Positions 38,388 through 47,479 are shown, numbered from the stretch's first letter. The stretch: DNA of 64,000 bases from an uncultured delta proteobacterium (GCA_963706575.1 CAVPNL010000011.1:1-64000), one strand, 5' to 3'. Made by a program: numbers and translations. Notes: a model not told the origin generated them from the sequence alone.

Positions 38388-40823
38388 ATGATTGTTACCT
38401 GCAATGAATGTGATTCCAGCTTCAACGTTGATGACAGCCTGATAAAGGATGACGGCTCCAAGGTTCGATGCTCAAAATGCAGCAGCGTTTTTCTTGTTTA
38501 TCCGGAAGCATCCGGATCTGAATGGGGTGAAGATGCCGACGATTTAGCGCTTGAGATGGATGACGGGTTGGATACGGGCCTGGATTCGGGTGATGAATTA
38601 GCGGATTTGGATACGGACAGCGAGGCGGATGATGAATTGCCCGATCTAGAAGATATGATGGATTTTGAAGATGACGAGCTGTCCATCGAAGCGTCTGCCG
38701 AAGAAGATTCCGATGGGCTCGACCTGGACGACGAAGAACTCGATATGGATTTTGACCTGGATGAAGAAAGTATGCTGGAGTCAGATGAATTTGAGCTGGG
38801 CGATATTGAAACAGATGATAGCGACCTGGCCGATATGGAAATGGATCTGGAAGATTTAGATGAAGCCGAAGAAGTCGATACGGCTGAGGCAGAAGCAGAT
38901 CTGGATTTAGACCTGGAAGCCGATGAGGAGCCGATGGTTGCCGCTGAAGACGGGGACGATGAGCTGGACCTGTCAGATCTTGAAGACCTGGTTGATTCCG
39001 ACGCTGAAATGGATCTGGAAGATGTAACCATGGAGGCCGACGAGGCCACAGAGGGTGCCGACCTGGATCTGGAGATGGATCTGAAAGATTTAGATGAAGC
39101 CGAAGAAGTCGATACGGCTGAGGCAGAAGCAGATCTGGATTTAGACCTGGAAGCCGATGAGGAGCAGGCGGTTGCCGCTGAAGACGGGGACGATGAGTTG
39201 GATCTGTCGGACCTTGAAGACCTGGTCGCGGCTGACACAGATATGGGGCTGGAAGGTGCTGCGATCGAAATTACCGAAGATGTTGACCTGGATTTTGATC
39301 TGGAATCGGAAGCGGAGGCAGTCGCAGCAGAAAGCGATGAGTTGGATCTATCGGATCTGGATGATATCATGGATTCCGGCGAGGAATCGGCCGGGGAAGG
39401 TATAGCAGCCGAGGCGGCAGATGAGCCGGAACTCGATTTAGACCTTGATCTGGAAATGGAGCCGGCGGCTGAAGCGCCGGCCGGGGACCTTGAGGGCGCT
39501 GATGAATTAGATTTTTCGGATCTAGAGGGGATCGTCGAATCCGACGACACACCGGCGGAAGCGGCCGACGACCTTGTACTTGATTTTGAGGTGGCAGAAG
39601 ATACGGCAAGCCCGGCAGCCGCAGAAGCCCCACCGCCCTCTGATTCCGAAGAGCTGGGAATGTCAGATCTAGAAAGTATGCTCAAATCCGATGAGATACC
39701 CGTATCCAGTGACGCGGATGAACTGGAATTAGACCTGGATCTTGAGAGCGAAGATGCATCCGAAGCGGTCGATTCTAGCGCTGCACCGGCCGGATCAGAT
39801 GATGCCGAATTTCTAGATATTGAAAAAATGTTGGAGGAAGGTGCCGATACCACACCGGCAGAACAGGAATCTGAAGATCTTGTTGAGCTCGATTTAGAAA
39901 CGGTGATGGATGAGAGTGCCTCATCGACGGAGCCGGAACTTGAGCTGAATCTGGATCTGGATCTGGATGCAGACAGTGACGGGAGTCTTGATATCGCAGC
40001 AACTGCTGAAGACGATCTGGAATTCAATCTGCTGGACGCCGACGAAGAAACCATGCAATTTGGAGCAACCCAGGCGGGAGTTACCCAGGTCGTAGACGAC
40101 CTGGCTGCAGGTAGTGATATGGATGCCCCCAGCGACGAGTTCGCCAGCGATGAGTTTGCCGACAGCTATGATGAAATGGGTCAAACCGACACCCTCGACG
40201 ATGTGGGCATGGCTCCCGCTATGGGTGGGCCGATAAAAACGCGAAAAACTCGTAAACCGTTAATGGTTGCTGTTCTGCTTTTGCTGCTCTGTGTCTTAGG
40301 AATAATTGTGACCAACAGCCTGGGCATCAAAATCCCATTCGTGAGCGAACTCCAGATTCCTTATATCAGTGATGTCAAAATTCCCTATCTTGACGGTTTG
40401 CTGAAATCCAAAACCCAGGATCAGGATATTGCCGGTAACCTGAAGATCAGCCCGCTTGGACGAACGATCTCGTATAAGTTCGTTGAGAATGCCAAGGCAG
40501 GCAAGATTTTTGTGATCAGCGGACAAGTCCGCAATGAATATGATCATCCCCGAAGCAATATCAAGATCACCGGAAAGCTGTATCGAGAAGGTAAGGCGCT
40601 GGTCAAAAGCGCCACTGTATATTGCGGCAATATGCTCAGTGACAGTGATTTGCAGCAGATGGATATTACGGCCATCGGCAAACGGTTGCAAAATCGCTTC
40701 GGCGATAATCGCTCAAATATCAAAGTGAAGACCGGCAAGACCATTCCATTTGTCATCATATTTCCCAAATTACCGGCCAACCTGGACGAATATACGGTTG
40801 AGGTTGCAGGATCCTCTTCATAA
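38388..40823 (+). CDS. MJ0042-type zinc-ribbon protein with long acidic linker, TM and DUF3426-like C-terminal domain
   Basis: CNEC..KVRCSKC N-terminus; about 570 aa of D/E-rich sequence; TM; C-terminal FVISGQVRN..IPFVIIF..YTVEV. Confidence 0.85.
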   Translation: MIVTCNECDSSFNVDDSLIKDDGSKVRCSKCSSVFLVYPEASGSEWGEDADDLALEMDDGLDTGLDSGDELADLDTDSEADDELPDLEDMMDFEDDELSIEASAEEDSDGLDLDDEELDMDFDLDEESMLESDEFELGDIETDDSDLADMEMDLEDLDEAEEVDTAEAEADLDLDLEADEEPMVAAEDGDDELDLSDLEDLVDSDAEMDLEDVTMEADEATEGADLDLEMDLKDLDEAEEVDTAEAEADLDLDLEADEEQAVAAEDGDDELDLSDLEDLVAADTDMGLEGAAIEITEDVDLDFDLESEAEAVAAESDELDLSDLDDIMDSGEESAGEGIAAEAADEPELDLDLDLEMEPAAEAPAGDLEGADELDFSDLEGIVESDDTPAEAADDLVLDFEVAEDTASPAAAEAPPPSDSEELGMSDLESMLKSDEIPVSSDADELELDLDLESEDASEAVDSSAAPAGSDDAEFLDIEKMLEEGADTTPAEQESEDLVELDLETVMDESASSTEPELELNLDLDLDADSDGSLDIAATAEDDLEFNLLDADEETMQFGATQAGVTQVVDDLAAGSDMDAPSDEFASDEFADSYDEMGQTDTLDDVGMAPAMGGPIKTRKTRKPLMVAVLLLLLCVLGIIVTNSLGIKIPFVSELQIPYISDVKIPYLDGLLKSKTQDQDIAGNLKISPLGRTISYKFVENAKAGKIFVISGQVRNEYDHPRSNIKITGKLYREGKALVKSATVYCGNMLSDSDLQQMDITAIGKRLQNRFGDNRSNIKVKTGKTIPFVIIFPKLPANLDEYTVEVAGSSS

Positions 40824-41089
40824 GCGTTGAAACGCTCCATTTAGTTTTAAGAAAGCTTCTTACCGGAAAGGGCGGGCGATGGGACAGTGCCCGCCTGATC
40901 TGTTTTGGGGCTGAACAGATTTCAACGATGATGGCCATGCCGATCTATGATCCGTTTACGGCAACCCTGAAAACAGCGCGACGATCACCGCCAATGTGGC
41001 GTATGTTTTATCTTGACTTGCTAAAGATGAGTTGTTAAAAGACGGATTTGCCGGAATTCCGGCTGTCTAAGCGTGCCGATTGCATATGT

Positions 41090-41166
41090 GGCGATGTAGC
41101 TCAGGTGGTCAGAGCATGCGGCTCATATCCGCAGTGTCCGGGGTTCAAATCCCTGCATCGCCACCA
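41090..41166 (+). tRNA. tRNA-Met (CAT), elongator type
   Basis: GGCGATGTAGCTCAGGTGGTCAGAGCATGCGGCT-CAT-ATCCGCAGTGTCCGGGGTTCAAATCCCTGCATCGCCACCA; G1-C72 paired and no 3GC initiator stem; Ile2 not strictly excluded. Confidence 0.93.
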
Positions 41167-41193
41167 CTTCTATTTAGAATTCTGAAGGGTTTT

Positions 41194-42699
41194 TTATTTG
41201 CCGGGAAATATTCTCTCAGCCACCAGATAATGAACCCCGATATCCCTTCTTAAATCCAACCGATTACCCTGAGGATGTTCACGGGGAATAACCCGGATTT
41301 TGCCATTGTCAAATGCGGCCATGAGTTTGGTTCTAAAACGTTCGGCTACTTCACCGCGGCTGTCATCCGGTTTAATCTTCACGTTTGCATTCATCCACGC
41401 TACCCGGGTCCCGTCTGATTTAAATTGACCGTCCTCCGCCGAGCAGGTCATCGCTGAGGGGATAATCTGGATGCCTTTTTTTCTGATATAGTTAAAATCG
41501 ATTTCAACCGGTTCTCCTTTTGTACAGGACCACGGATATCCTTTTTGACCGTCAGGCCCCCCGGGGCCGGTCACCAGCCCGGCGCACAGCGCCAGCTGGT
41601 CGTCTCTTACCTCCGGTTTTACTTTGTCGAGCTTGCCCGCAAACATCGCCTCGATCAGTACCCCAAAATTTCTCAGTCGGCGGGCGACCGGTTGGGCTTC
41701 GGGTTCACCCGGTCGTATGTTTATCTCAGACACCCGAATGTTGGTGGGCTGCTTGGCGTTATCCAGCGAGACAAAACAACCCGGATACAGGATACACGGC
41801 CGCAGGTAGCCTTTTTCCTTCATTTTGTCAATTAGCGGCCTGGCAATGAGGTTACCGGCCAATGCAATAAGTTCTGGGGTTTCCATCGGATGGGGTGAGA
41901 TGGCGCCCATCCCGCCGGTGATCGGATTTGACTTGCTGGCCGGACCTTCAAATCGTTCCGGATAATCCATCGCGGTCGGCAGGATCTGGAAATTACCGTT
42001 TTTATCGACCAGGATCGTAAAACTGATTTCCACTCCGGACATCAGGGATTCGATAAGAAGGGGCCAGCGCCCTTTTGCGCCATACATTTTTTTATAATCG
42101 GGCTTATAGTCTTTTATCAAGGTATCGTATACTTCTCTGATTTCCCAGGAATTCAGAATAATCCGGGCGCCTTTTCCCCCGGCACTGTACGGATATTTCA
42201 AGACCGCTCCGCCGTATTCCTGAATATAGTCCAGACAGGTATGCAGCAGGGTTGAATAATCTTTGGCATCCACCTCAGCCCATGCGGCCGCCACCGGAAT
42301 GCCGGCTTCACGGCACAGCGCTTTGCATTTGATCTTGTCCCCTTCTATAAAGGCGGCGGCTTTATTGAGCCCGACAATGCGATCAGCATAGCCGGCCGCC
42401 TCCACCTCATCCACCAGGCCGTCAAACAAAAGCGCTTCCGGCATCGGGATGACATAATCGATGCCGCCGCTTTTTATTGCGTTGATGATTGCCTCTGCAT
42501 ATTCATCGTAAGAATTGCCGGTCGTCGGAATGAATTCAACGGGCCAGTTCATGGTTTCAACGAATCTGGGCATCGATGGGGTGCCCCGAACAACGACACC
42601 CTGAAAGGTGTCTTCATATATGTCACTGGTGGCGGTGGAGACCACCAAGGCGCACAACAGGGTTCGGCCATCGGTACCGGCAAAGGCTATTTTCTTCAT
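41194..42699 (-). CDS. purD: Divergent phosphoribosylamine-glycine ligase-like ATP-grasp protein
   Basis: AAFIEGDK, AGGKG, GVEIS, AMDY..GP..TGGMGAISP, EINIRPGEPEAQ, GYP, GTRV; purE nearby. Confidence 0.7.
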   Translation of the reverse strand: MKKIAFAGTDGRTLLCALVVSTATSDIYEDTFQGVVVRGTPSMPRFVETMNWPVEFIPTTGNSYDEYAEAIINAIKSGGIDYVIPMPEALLFDGLVDEVEAAGYADRIVGLNKAAAFIEGDKIKCKALCREAGIPVAAAWAEVDAKDYSTLLHTCLDYIQEYGGAVLKYPYSAGGKGARIILNSWEIREVYDTLIKDYKPDYKKMYGAKGRWPLLIESLMSGVEISFTILVDKNGNFQILPTAMDYPERFEGPASKSNPITGGMGAISPHPMETPELIALAGNLIARPLIDKMKEKGYLRPCILYPGCFVSLDNAKQPTNIRVSEINIRPGEPEAQPVARRLRNFGVLIEAMFAGKLDKVKPEVRDDQLALCAGLVTGPGGPDGQKGYPWSCTKGEPVEIDFNYIRKKGIQIIPSAMTCSAEDGQFKSDGTRVAWMNANVKIKPDDSRGEVAERFRTKLMAAFDNGKIRVIPREHPQGNRLDLRRDIGVHYLVAERIFPGK

Positions 42700-42802
42700 T
42701 CAATGATCCTTTCGCGGGAATTTGTTAAATTCATTTTCATTATCAAATAGCAGGCGTCGGGGTCAAACTTATTTTCCGGCTCCTGGCTACTTGCCGTTTT
42801 TT

Positions 42803-42904
42803 AGGTTTCAGGTGTCGGGTGTCCGGTGTCAGGTTTAAGTGTTCAGCATCTAATCCGGAGGTGCTCTACAATTCTGACACCTGAACACTGACACCTGAAA
42901 TCTA
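42803..42904. repeat. Family D palindromic element (GGTGTCA/TGACACC 7-mers)
   Basis: aggtttcaggtgtcgggtgtccggtgtcagg ... ctgacacctgaacactgacacctgaaatct. Confidence 0.8.
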
Positions 42905-42977
42905 TTTGAGGCCCGCGGCCGGTAGCCAGATGGAGGACTTAATTTTCTTTGATAAAATCGATAAAAATGATATAAAA

Positions 42978-43058
42978 AGTGTTTAGTGTTTCGTATTTAG
43001 TGTTTTGTTTGACCCTTGACGTTCTGGCCTTCTGCTGCCAAACACACACAAACACCAA
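42978..43058. repeat. Family F palindromic element (TTTAGTG/CACTAAA 7-mers)
   Basis: Reverse-complement relative of 61827-61918 including the core AACGTCA..GGTCAAACAAAACACTAAA. Confidence 0.75.
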
Positions 43059-43086
43059 TCTTTTCTAAAGACTATCAGAGGATGCG

Positions 43087-43482
43087 ATGATACCGGGTTT
43101 TAATAAAATTGTTGAAGAACGGATTCGCAAAGCCCAAAAAAAAGGTGAATTTAAGAATCTTGAAGGCTCCGGCAAACCGTTAGATTTTCTTGAGGATCAG
43201 GCGGTGGCAGAAGAACTACGCCTGGCCTATAAGATTTTAAAAAATGCCGACTGCCTCCCTCCTGAAATCGAATTGAAAAAGGAAATTCAGCAAACGGAAG
43301 AGCTTCTCAGCGGAATGGGAGAAACCGCTGAAAAATTTCGTACCATGAAGAAGCTCAATTTTTTAATCATGAAATTAAATACCCTGCGGAACACCTCCAT
43401 CGAATTTGAAGCACCTCAAAAATATTCCGATAAAATGATTGAAAAGCTCGAATCATCCACTTCAAGGCGCAAGAAGAAATAA
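43087..43482 (+). CDS. DUF1992 (DnaJ-related) protein
   Basis: IVEERIRKAQKKGEFKNLEGSGKPL..RLAYKILKNA..PPEIEL. Confidence 0.88.
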   Translation: MIPGFNKIVEERIRKAQKKGEFKNLEGSGKPLDFLEDQAVAEELRLAYKILKNADCLPPEIELKKEIQQTEELLSGMGETAEKFRTMKKLNFLIMKLNTLRNTSIEFEAPQKYSDKMIEKLESSTSRRKKK

Positions 43483-43489
43483 TTTGGTA

Positions 43490-43775
43490 AGGTTCTGGGT
43501 TCAGCGTTCAAAGTTTCAGAGGTTAAAGGAAAAAGGCTTAAAGGCCGGTTTCATTAGTTTGATTAGTTCAATTAGTTCGATTGGTTGTTTCTGAAATGGC
43601 GAAGATTTAAAAAATCGAAAATCTTGAATGCTGGCAGGCGGAAACGCAATAACCAATAAAACCAATTAAACCAATCAAACCAATCAAACCAATTAGACAA
43701 ATATAGCATCTGTTTTAACCTTGAGCCTCTAAACCCTTGAACTTCTGAACGCTGGCCATTAGAACCTTGAACCCA
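43490..43775. repeat. Family A/B nested element enclosing a four-helix-bundle gene stub
   Basis: 7-mer arm, AAAAGGCTTAAAGGCCGGTT linker, 9-mer arm, ATG stub, inverted 9-mer arm, linker, inverted 7-mer arm. Confidence 0.85.
43596..43652 (+). pseudogene. Four-helix-bundle (23S rRNA IVS protein family) N-terminal stub
   Basis: MAKI*KIENLECWQA resembles the family N-terminal pattern MxxIxxFEDLxxWQ. Confidence 0.6.
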
Positions 43776-43794
43776 CACCCCAAAGGTGGCAGTT

Positions 43795-44754
43795 ATGGAA
43801 AAAATGACAATTGCACTTCTTTCCGGCGGCGTCTCCTCGGAGCGTGAGGTTTCCCTAAACAGCGGCAAACAGGTTTATGATGCCCTGGATAAGGGAAAAT
43901 ACAACATTGTCCGCTACGACCCCAAAACCGATCTGGGCCGTCTGGTTAAGGATGCGCCCGGCATTGATGCGGCCTTGATTATTCTTCATGGCCCCTATGG
44001 CGAAGATGGGACGGTTCAAGGGCTTCTTGAGCTGCTGAATATTCCCTATCAGGGTTCAGGCGTTCTCGGCAGCTCCCTTGCCATGAATAAGCTCGCTTCC
44101 AAGATCCTTTATGAAAAAGCCAATCTTCCCATTCCGCCTTATATCGCATTGCAAAAAGGCGATCCGCTGGAGCCGGCCGCCTGGGAAAAACAACTGGGCC
44201 TGCCGCTGGTAATCAAACCGAATGAGGCGGGTTCCAGCGTCGGCATGACCATCGTCAAATCGCCGGACAGCATCCAGCAGGCCGTGGAAAAAGCATTTTC
44301 CCATGATTCTACCATTCTTCTCGAAGGTTATATTGAGGGCATCGAGCTGACCGGCGGGGTGATCGGAAACAGGGACTTGCAGGCATTGCCGCTTATTGAG
44401 ATCATACCGGATGATGAACATGAGTTTTTCGATTACGAGGCTAAATATACTGCCGGCGTCACCCAGGAAATCTGTCCGGCGCGCATCGATGATGAAATGA
44501 CTCAAAAAGCGCAGGCCTATGCGAAAACGGCGCACAGGGCTCTTTTCTGCAGCGGTTACAGCCGCACCGATATGATATTAAAAGATGGTGAGATATACGT
44601 TCTGGAGACAAACACCATACCGGGTATGACCGCCACCAGCCTGTTGCCCCAGGCTGCCCAGGTTGCAGGATTGAGTTTCAGCCGCCTGCTGGATCAACTC
44701 ATCGAACTTTGCATCGAGGCACATCGGGACAGCGGACAGCGGGTGACCCAATGA
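43795..44754 (+). CDS. ddl: D-alanine--D-alanine ligase
   Basis: GGVSSEREVSL, LHGPYGEDGTVQG, GSSVG, FFDYEAKY, ETNTIPGMT..SLLP. Confidence 0.95.
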   Translation: MEKMTIALLSGGVSSEREVSLNSGKQVYDALDKGKYNIVRYDPKTDLGRLVKDAPGIDAALIILHGPYGEDGTVQGLLELLNIPYQGSGVLGSSLAMNKLASKILYEKANLPIPPYIALQKGDPLEPAAWEKQLGLPLVIKPNEAGSSVGMTIVKSPDSIQQAVEKAFSHDSTILLEGYIEGIELTGGVIGNRDLQALPLIEIIPDDEHEFFDYEAKYTAGVTQEICPARIDDEMTQKAQAYAKTAHRALFCSGYSRTDMILKDGEIYVLETNTIPGMTATSLLPQAAQVAGLSFSRLLDQLIELCIEAHRDSGQRVTQ

Positions 44755-45500
44755 TTTTCAGAACGAATCGGGAGCTCAAGGCAAGCTATAATGAATTAAC
44801 GGCCGGGGATGTTTTTATCGGCAACCTGTCATTGAAGTATCTCAAACAACCGATGCTCATCGATATGCTGGAGCGTGGTATACGCTGCCTGCCGTCACCG
44901 CTTGCGCAAATTCTTAACAGTTCCAAAGTCGCCCAGGCATTCATTCTGTATGAATATATGCTTCCGCACACGCAGGCGATATCTCGCCGGACAGATTTGA
45001 TTGAAGCCATAAGCACCTTTGGCAAGAACGGTATCGGGCCTGTTGTGACCAAACAGGATGGCATGCACTGCGGCCATGGAGTCCGCCGGTGGGAAACGAT
45101 TGAAACCCTTTACAGTTTCATGGCCCTGGCTGAATCTTCCTACCCTTTTGTATTGCAGCCCTTTCGAGAGGGCTTTACAGATGTTCGCGTCATCATTGTG
45201 GGAGACTATGTCGAATCCTATACACGCAGCAATCTTTATAATTTCAGGGTAAACTTAAGTTTTGGCGGCACCGGGTCTGCATACAAACTGGATGAGAAAA
45301 AGGAGGCGTTTTGTCGATCTGCCATGCAACGGGGCAGATTCCCGTTTGCGCACCTGGATTTAATGATTTTTGAAAACGGCGAATGTTGTCTGTCGGAAAT
45401 CACGTTAAACGGTGGAATAAAAGGGGCCCGGATCGGCAGGCAGGAACTGGATGAGAAAAAAGAGGCATTCCTGGAAAAAATGGCCGGGAAAAATGCCTAA
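44751..45500 (+). CDS. RimK-like ATP-grasp protein
   Basis: ATGA overlap with the ddl stop; VVTK..GHGV, VLQPF, DVRVIIVG, NFRVNLSFGG, LSEI. Confidence 0.7.
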   Translation: MIFRTNRELKASYNELTAGDVFIGNLSLKYLKQPMLIDMLERGIRCLPSPLAQILNSSKVAQAFILYEYMLPHTQAISRRTDLIEAISTFGKNGIGPVVTKQDGMHCGHGVRRWETIETLYSFMALAESSYPFVLQPFREGFTDVRVIIVGDYVESYTRSNLYNFRVNLSFGGTGSAYKLDEKKEAFCRSAMQRGRFPFAHLDLMIFENGECCLSEITLNGGIKGARIGRQELDEKKEAFLEKMAGKNA

Positions 45501-45622
45501 AATGACTAAAATGAGCTAAAATGCCTAAAGTTAAGGTTTCGCTCGCGCTCCATCTTTATTTAATATGATAGAATTCCTCAACTTTAGGCATTTTAGTTCA
45601 TTTTACATTTTAGTTCATTTTA
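45491..45622. repeat. Family C palindromic element
   Basis: (CTAAAATG)n - core - (CATTTTAG)n; first unit contains the upstream TAA stop. Confidence 0.85.
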
Positions 45623-45643
45623 AAACAGCATAAGGAGGAGAAT

Positions 45644-46177
45644 TTGAGCGCAGAACAGAAAAAACAGAGTGATTCCGGTGGGTCAGCTAAAGTGGGCATT
45701 GTCATGGGAAGTGATTCTGATATGGGCGTCATGCAAAGTGCGGCGGATGTCTTAAAAGATTTCGGTGTTGCTTTTGAAATAACGGTTGCATCCGCACACA
45801 GAAGCCCCCAGCGGGCGGCAGTGTGGGCGTCCACCGCCCCCGAGCGCGGCATCAAAGTTATTATCGCCGGGGCGGGACATGCCGCTCATCTGGCCGGAGC
45901 CATGGCGGCTCATACCAGCCTTCCCATCATTGGCGTTCCCATCGACTCTTCCTGTTTACAGGGAATGGACGCCCTGTTGGCGACCGTTCAGATGCCGCCC
46001 GGTATCCCGGTAGCCACCATGGCGATTGGAAAACCCGGTGCCAGAAACGCTGGAATCCTGGCCGTTCAAATCCTGGCCCTGGCAGATGCCGGTCTTGCCG
46101 AAAAACTGCAAGAATACAAAAAGGATATGGCGGCCAAGGTCGAACAAAAAGCGAAAAAGCTTGAAGGTTCAAGCTAG
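45644..46177 (+). CDS. purE: N5-CAIR mutase
   Basis: VGIVMGSDSD, SAHRSP, IAGAGHAAHLAG, VQMPPGIPVAT; AGGAGG RBS with TTG start. Confidence 0.96.
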   Translation: MSAEQKKQSDSGGSAKVGIVMGSDSDMGVMQSAADVLKDFGVAFEITVASAHRSPQRAAVWASTAPERGIKVIIAGAGHAAHLAGAMAAHTSLPIIGVPIDSSCLQGMDALLATVQMPPGIPVATMAIGKPGARNAGILAVQILALADAGLAEKLQEYKKDMAAKVEQKAKKLEGSS

Positions 46178-46332
46178 GCTGGCAGGCTATAACGCTGGAA
46201 GGCTGGAAGGCTCTGAAGCGTGGGGATTTCCGGGTTTTAAGGCTTCATAGCTTTCCAGCCTCCTTGCTTCCCAGCCGATTCGTTTTTTTTGAATTTTTGA
46301 ACCTTTGAACCCTGAACCTTTGAACCTTGAAC
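46163..46332. repeat. Family E/B nested element
   Basis: aggctggcaggct..gctggaaggctggaaggc ... ttccagcctccttgcttcccagcc ... (ttgaacc)n. Confidence 0.8.
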
Positions 46333-46968
46333 GTACAGATAAAAAAAATCGACCCCATCCATCCTGACCCCGAATTGATAAAAGAAGCGGCGGGGTTTAT
46401 TAAACAGGGCGGGGTGATTGTATTTCCCACCCGATGTCTTTACGGGCTGGGCGCCGATGCGATGAATCCCATCGCCGTTGAACGCATCATCGAGATAAAA
46501 CAACGCCCGGCAGAGAATCCCATCCTGGTTTTGATCCATTCTAAAAAACAACTGGAGATGCTGGTTGAAAAAATACCGCCGGATGCAGATGCCATTATGG
46601 AAGCATTCTGGCCCGGCAGGGTGACCCTTGTCTTTGATGCCCGGGGTACATTGCCGGGTTTGCTGACTGCCCAAACCGGCAAAATCGGGGTGCGCCTTCC
46701 CGGACATCCGGTAGCCGCGGCAATGCTGGGACAGGTAAAAGGCCCCGTTACCGGAACCAGCGCCAATCTATCGGGCCGCCCGGGGTGTAACCGCTTGTCG
46801 GATATTGACCCCCAAATTACCGGCCAGGCGGATCTTGTCCTGGATGCCGGCACACTGCAAGGCGGAGTCGGCTCCACCGTTGTCGATGTCACTGCGGAGC
46901 CGCCGCGGATTCTAAGAGAAGGTCAGGTCACTGCCGACGACATATGGGGGGCATTAACTGAAATATAG
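46327..46968 (+). CDS. tsaC: Threonylcarbamoyl-AMP synthase (Sua5/YrdC family)
   Basis: VFPT..YGLG, IKQRP..NP, WPG.VT, GVRLP, TSANLSG, STVVD, ILREG. Confidence 0.9.
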   Translation: MNVQIKKIDPIHPDPELIKEAAGFIKQGGVIVFPTRCLYGLGADAMNPIAVERIIEIKQRPAENPILVLIHSKKQLEMLVEKIPPDADAIMEAFWPGRVTLVFDARGTLPGLLTAQTGKIGVRLPGHPVAAAMLGQVKGPVTGTSANLSGRPGCNRLSDIDPQITGQADLVLDAGTLQGGVGSTVVDVTAEPPRILREGQVTADDIWGALTEI

Positions 46969-47016
46969 AAGCCATATTAAAAATAGCAGATCACGTTCAA
47001 AAAACACATAACAACG

Positions 47017-47142
47017 AGTGACTAAAGTGAACTAAAGTGGGAAGTGCCTAAAGTTTCGGTGTCGCGATGCTCCATCTTTATAAAGATGACAGAATTCCAT
47101 AACTTTAGGCACTTTAGATCACTTTAGGCATTTTAGGCACTT
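47017..47142. repeat. Family C palindromic element
   Basis: gtgactaaagtgaactaaagtg ... core ... actttaggcactttagatcactttaggcattttaggcac. Confidence 0.85.
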
Positions 47143-47222
47143 GATCCGTTCCATGCCCATTAGATAACTTTTAACTTTAGTGCACTGTAACTAATGCATT
47201 TTTGTTTTGGATTCTAATCTTG

Positions 47223-47251
47223 TTGACAACTTCCGGCAAGTTGCTTATAAA
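47223..47251 (+). promoter_or_regulatory. Sigma70 promoter of tRNA-Leu
   Basis: TTGACA-17-TATAAA. Confidence 0.75.
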
Positions 47252-47262
47252 AACTCCGAATT

Positions 47263-47349
47263 GCCGGGGTGGTGAAACTGGTAGACGCACTGGACTCAAA
47301 ATCCAGCGGGGCTTGCTCCATGCGGGTTCGATTCCCGCCCCCGGCACCA
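47263..47349 (+). tRNA. tRNA-Leu (CAA)
   Basis: GCCGGGGTGGTGAAACTGGTAGACGCACTGGACT-CAA-AATCCAG, long variable arm, GGTTCGATTCC, ACCA end. Confidence 0.97.
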
Positions 47350-47358
47350 ATAAACAAC

Positions 47359-47389
47359 AAAGGGTTGGCCATCTTAGCCAACCCTTTTT
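47359..47389 (+). terminator. Intrinsic terminator after tRNA-Leu
   Basis: AAAGGGTTGGC-catctta-GCCAACCCTTTTT. Confidence 0.8.
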
Positions 47390-47390
47390 A

Positions 47391-47479
47391 TGTTCAATTG
47401 GTTATATTGGTTCAATTGGTTTTATTCGTTAATTCTGAACCAATTAGACCAATTAGACCAATCGAACCAATAAAACAAG
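47391..47479. repeat. Family A element (9-mer arms only)
   Basis: (ttggttcaa)n ... (accaattag)n. Confidence 0.75.

Noticed and set aside
38498..40054. 518-aa Ser-rich minus-strand ORF
   Set aside because: Reverse-frame artefact of Asp/Glu-rich codons in the zinc-ribbon gene.
43596..43652. Diversity-generating retroelement implied by an Avd-like stub
   Set aside because: No reverse transcriptase and no TR/VR pair with adenine-specific mismatches seen in the window.
43572..43868. Short low-complexity ORFs over repeats (e.g. NWFDWFDWFNW; also 37023-37319, 47269-47586, 26602-26811)
   Set aside because: Translations of tandem repeat arms or tRNA sequence, not plausible genes.
47263..47349. Island integration at tRNA-Leu or tRNA-Met
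   Set aside because: No adjacent integrase and no duplicated 3' end noticed; neighbours are ordinary genes.
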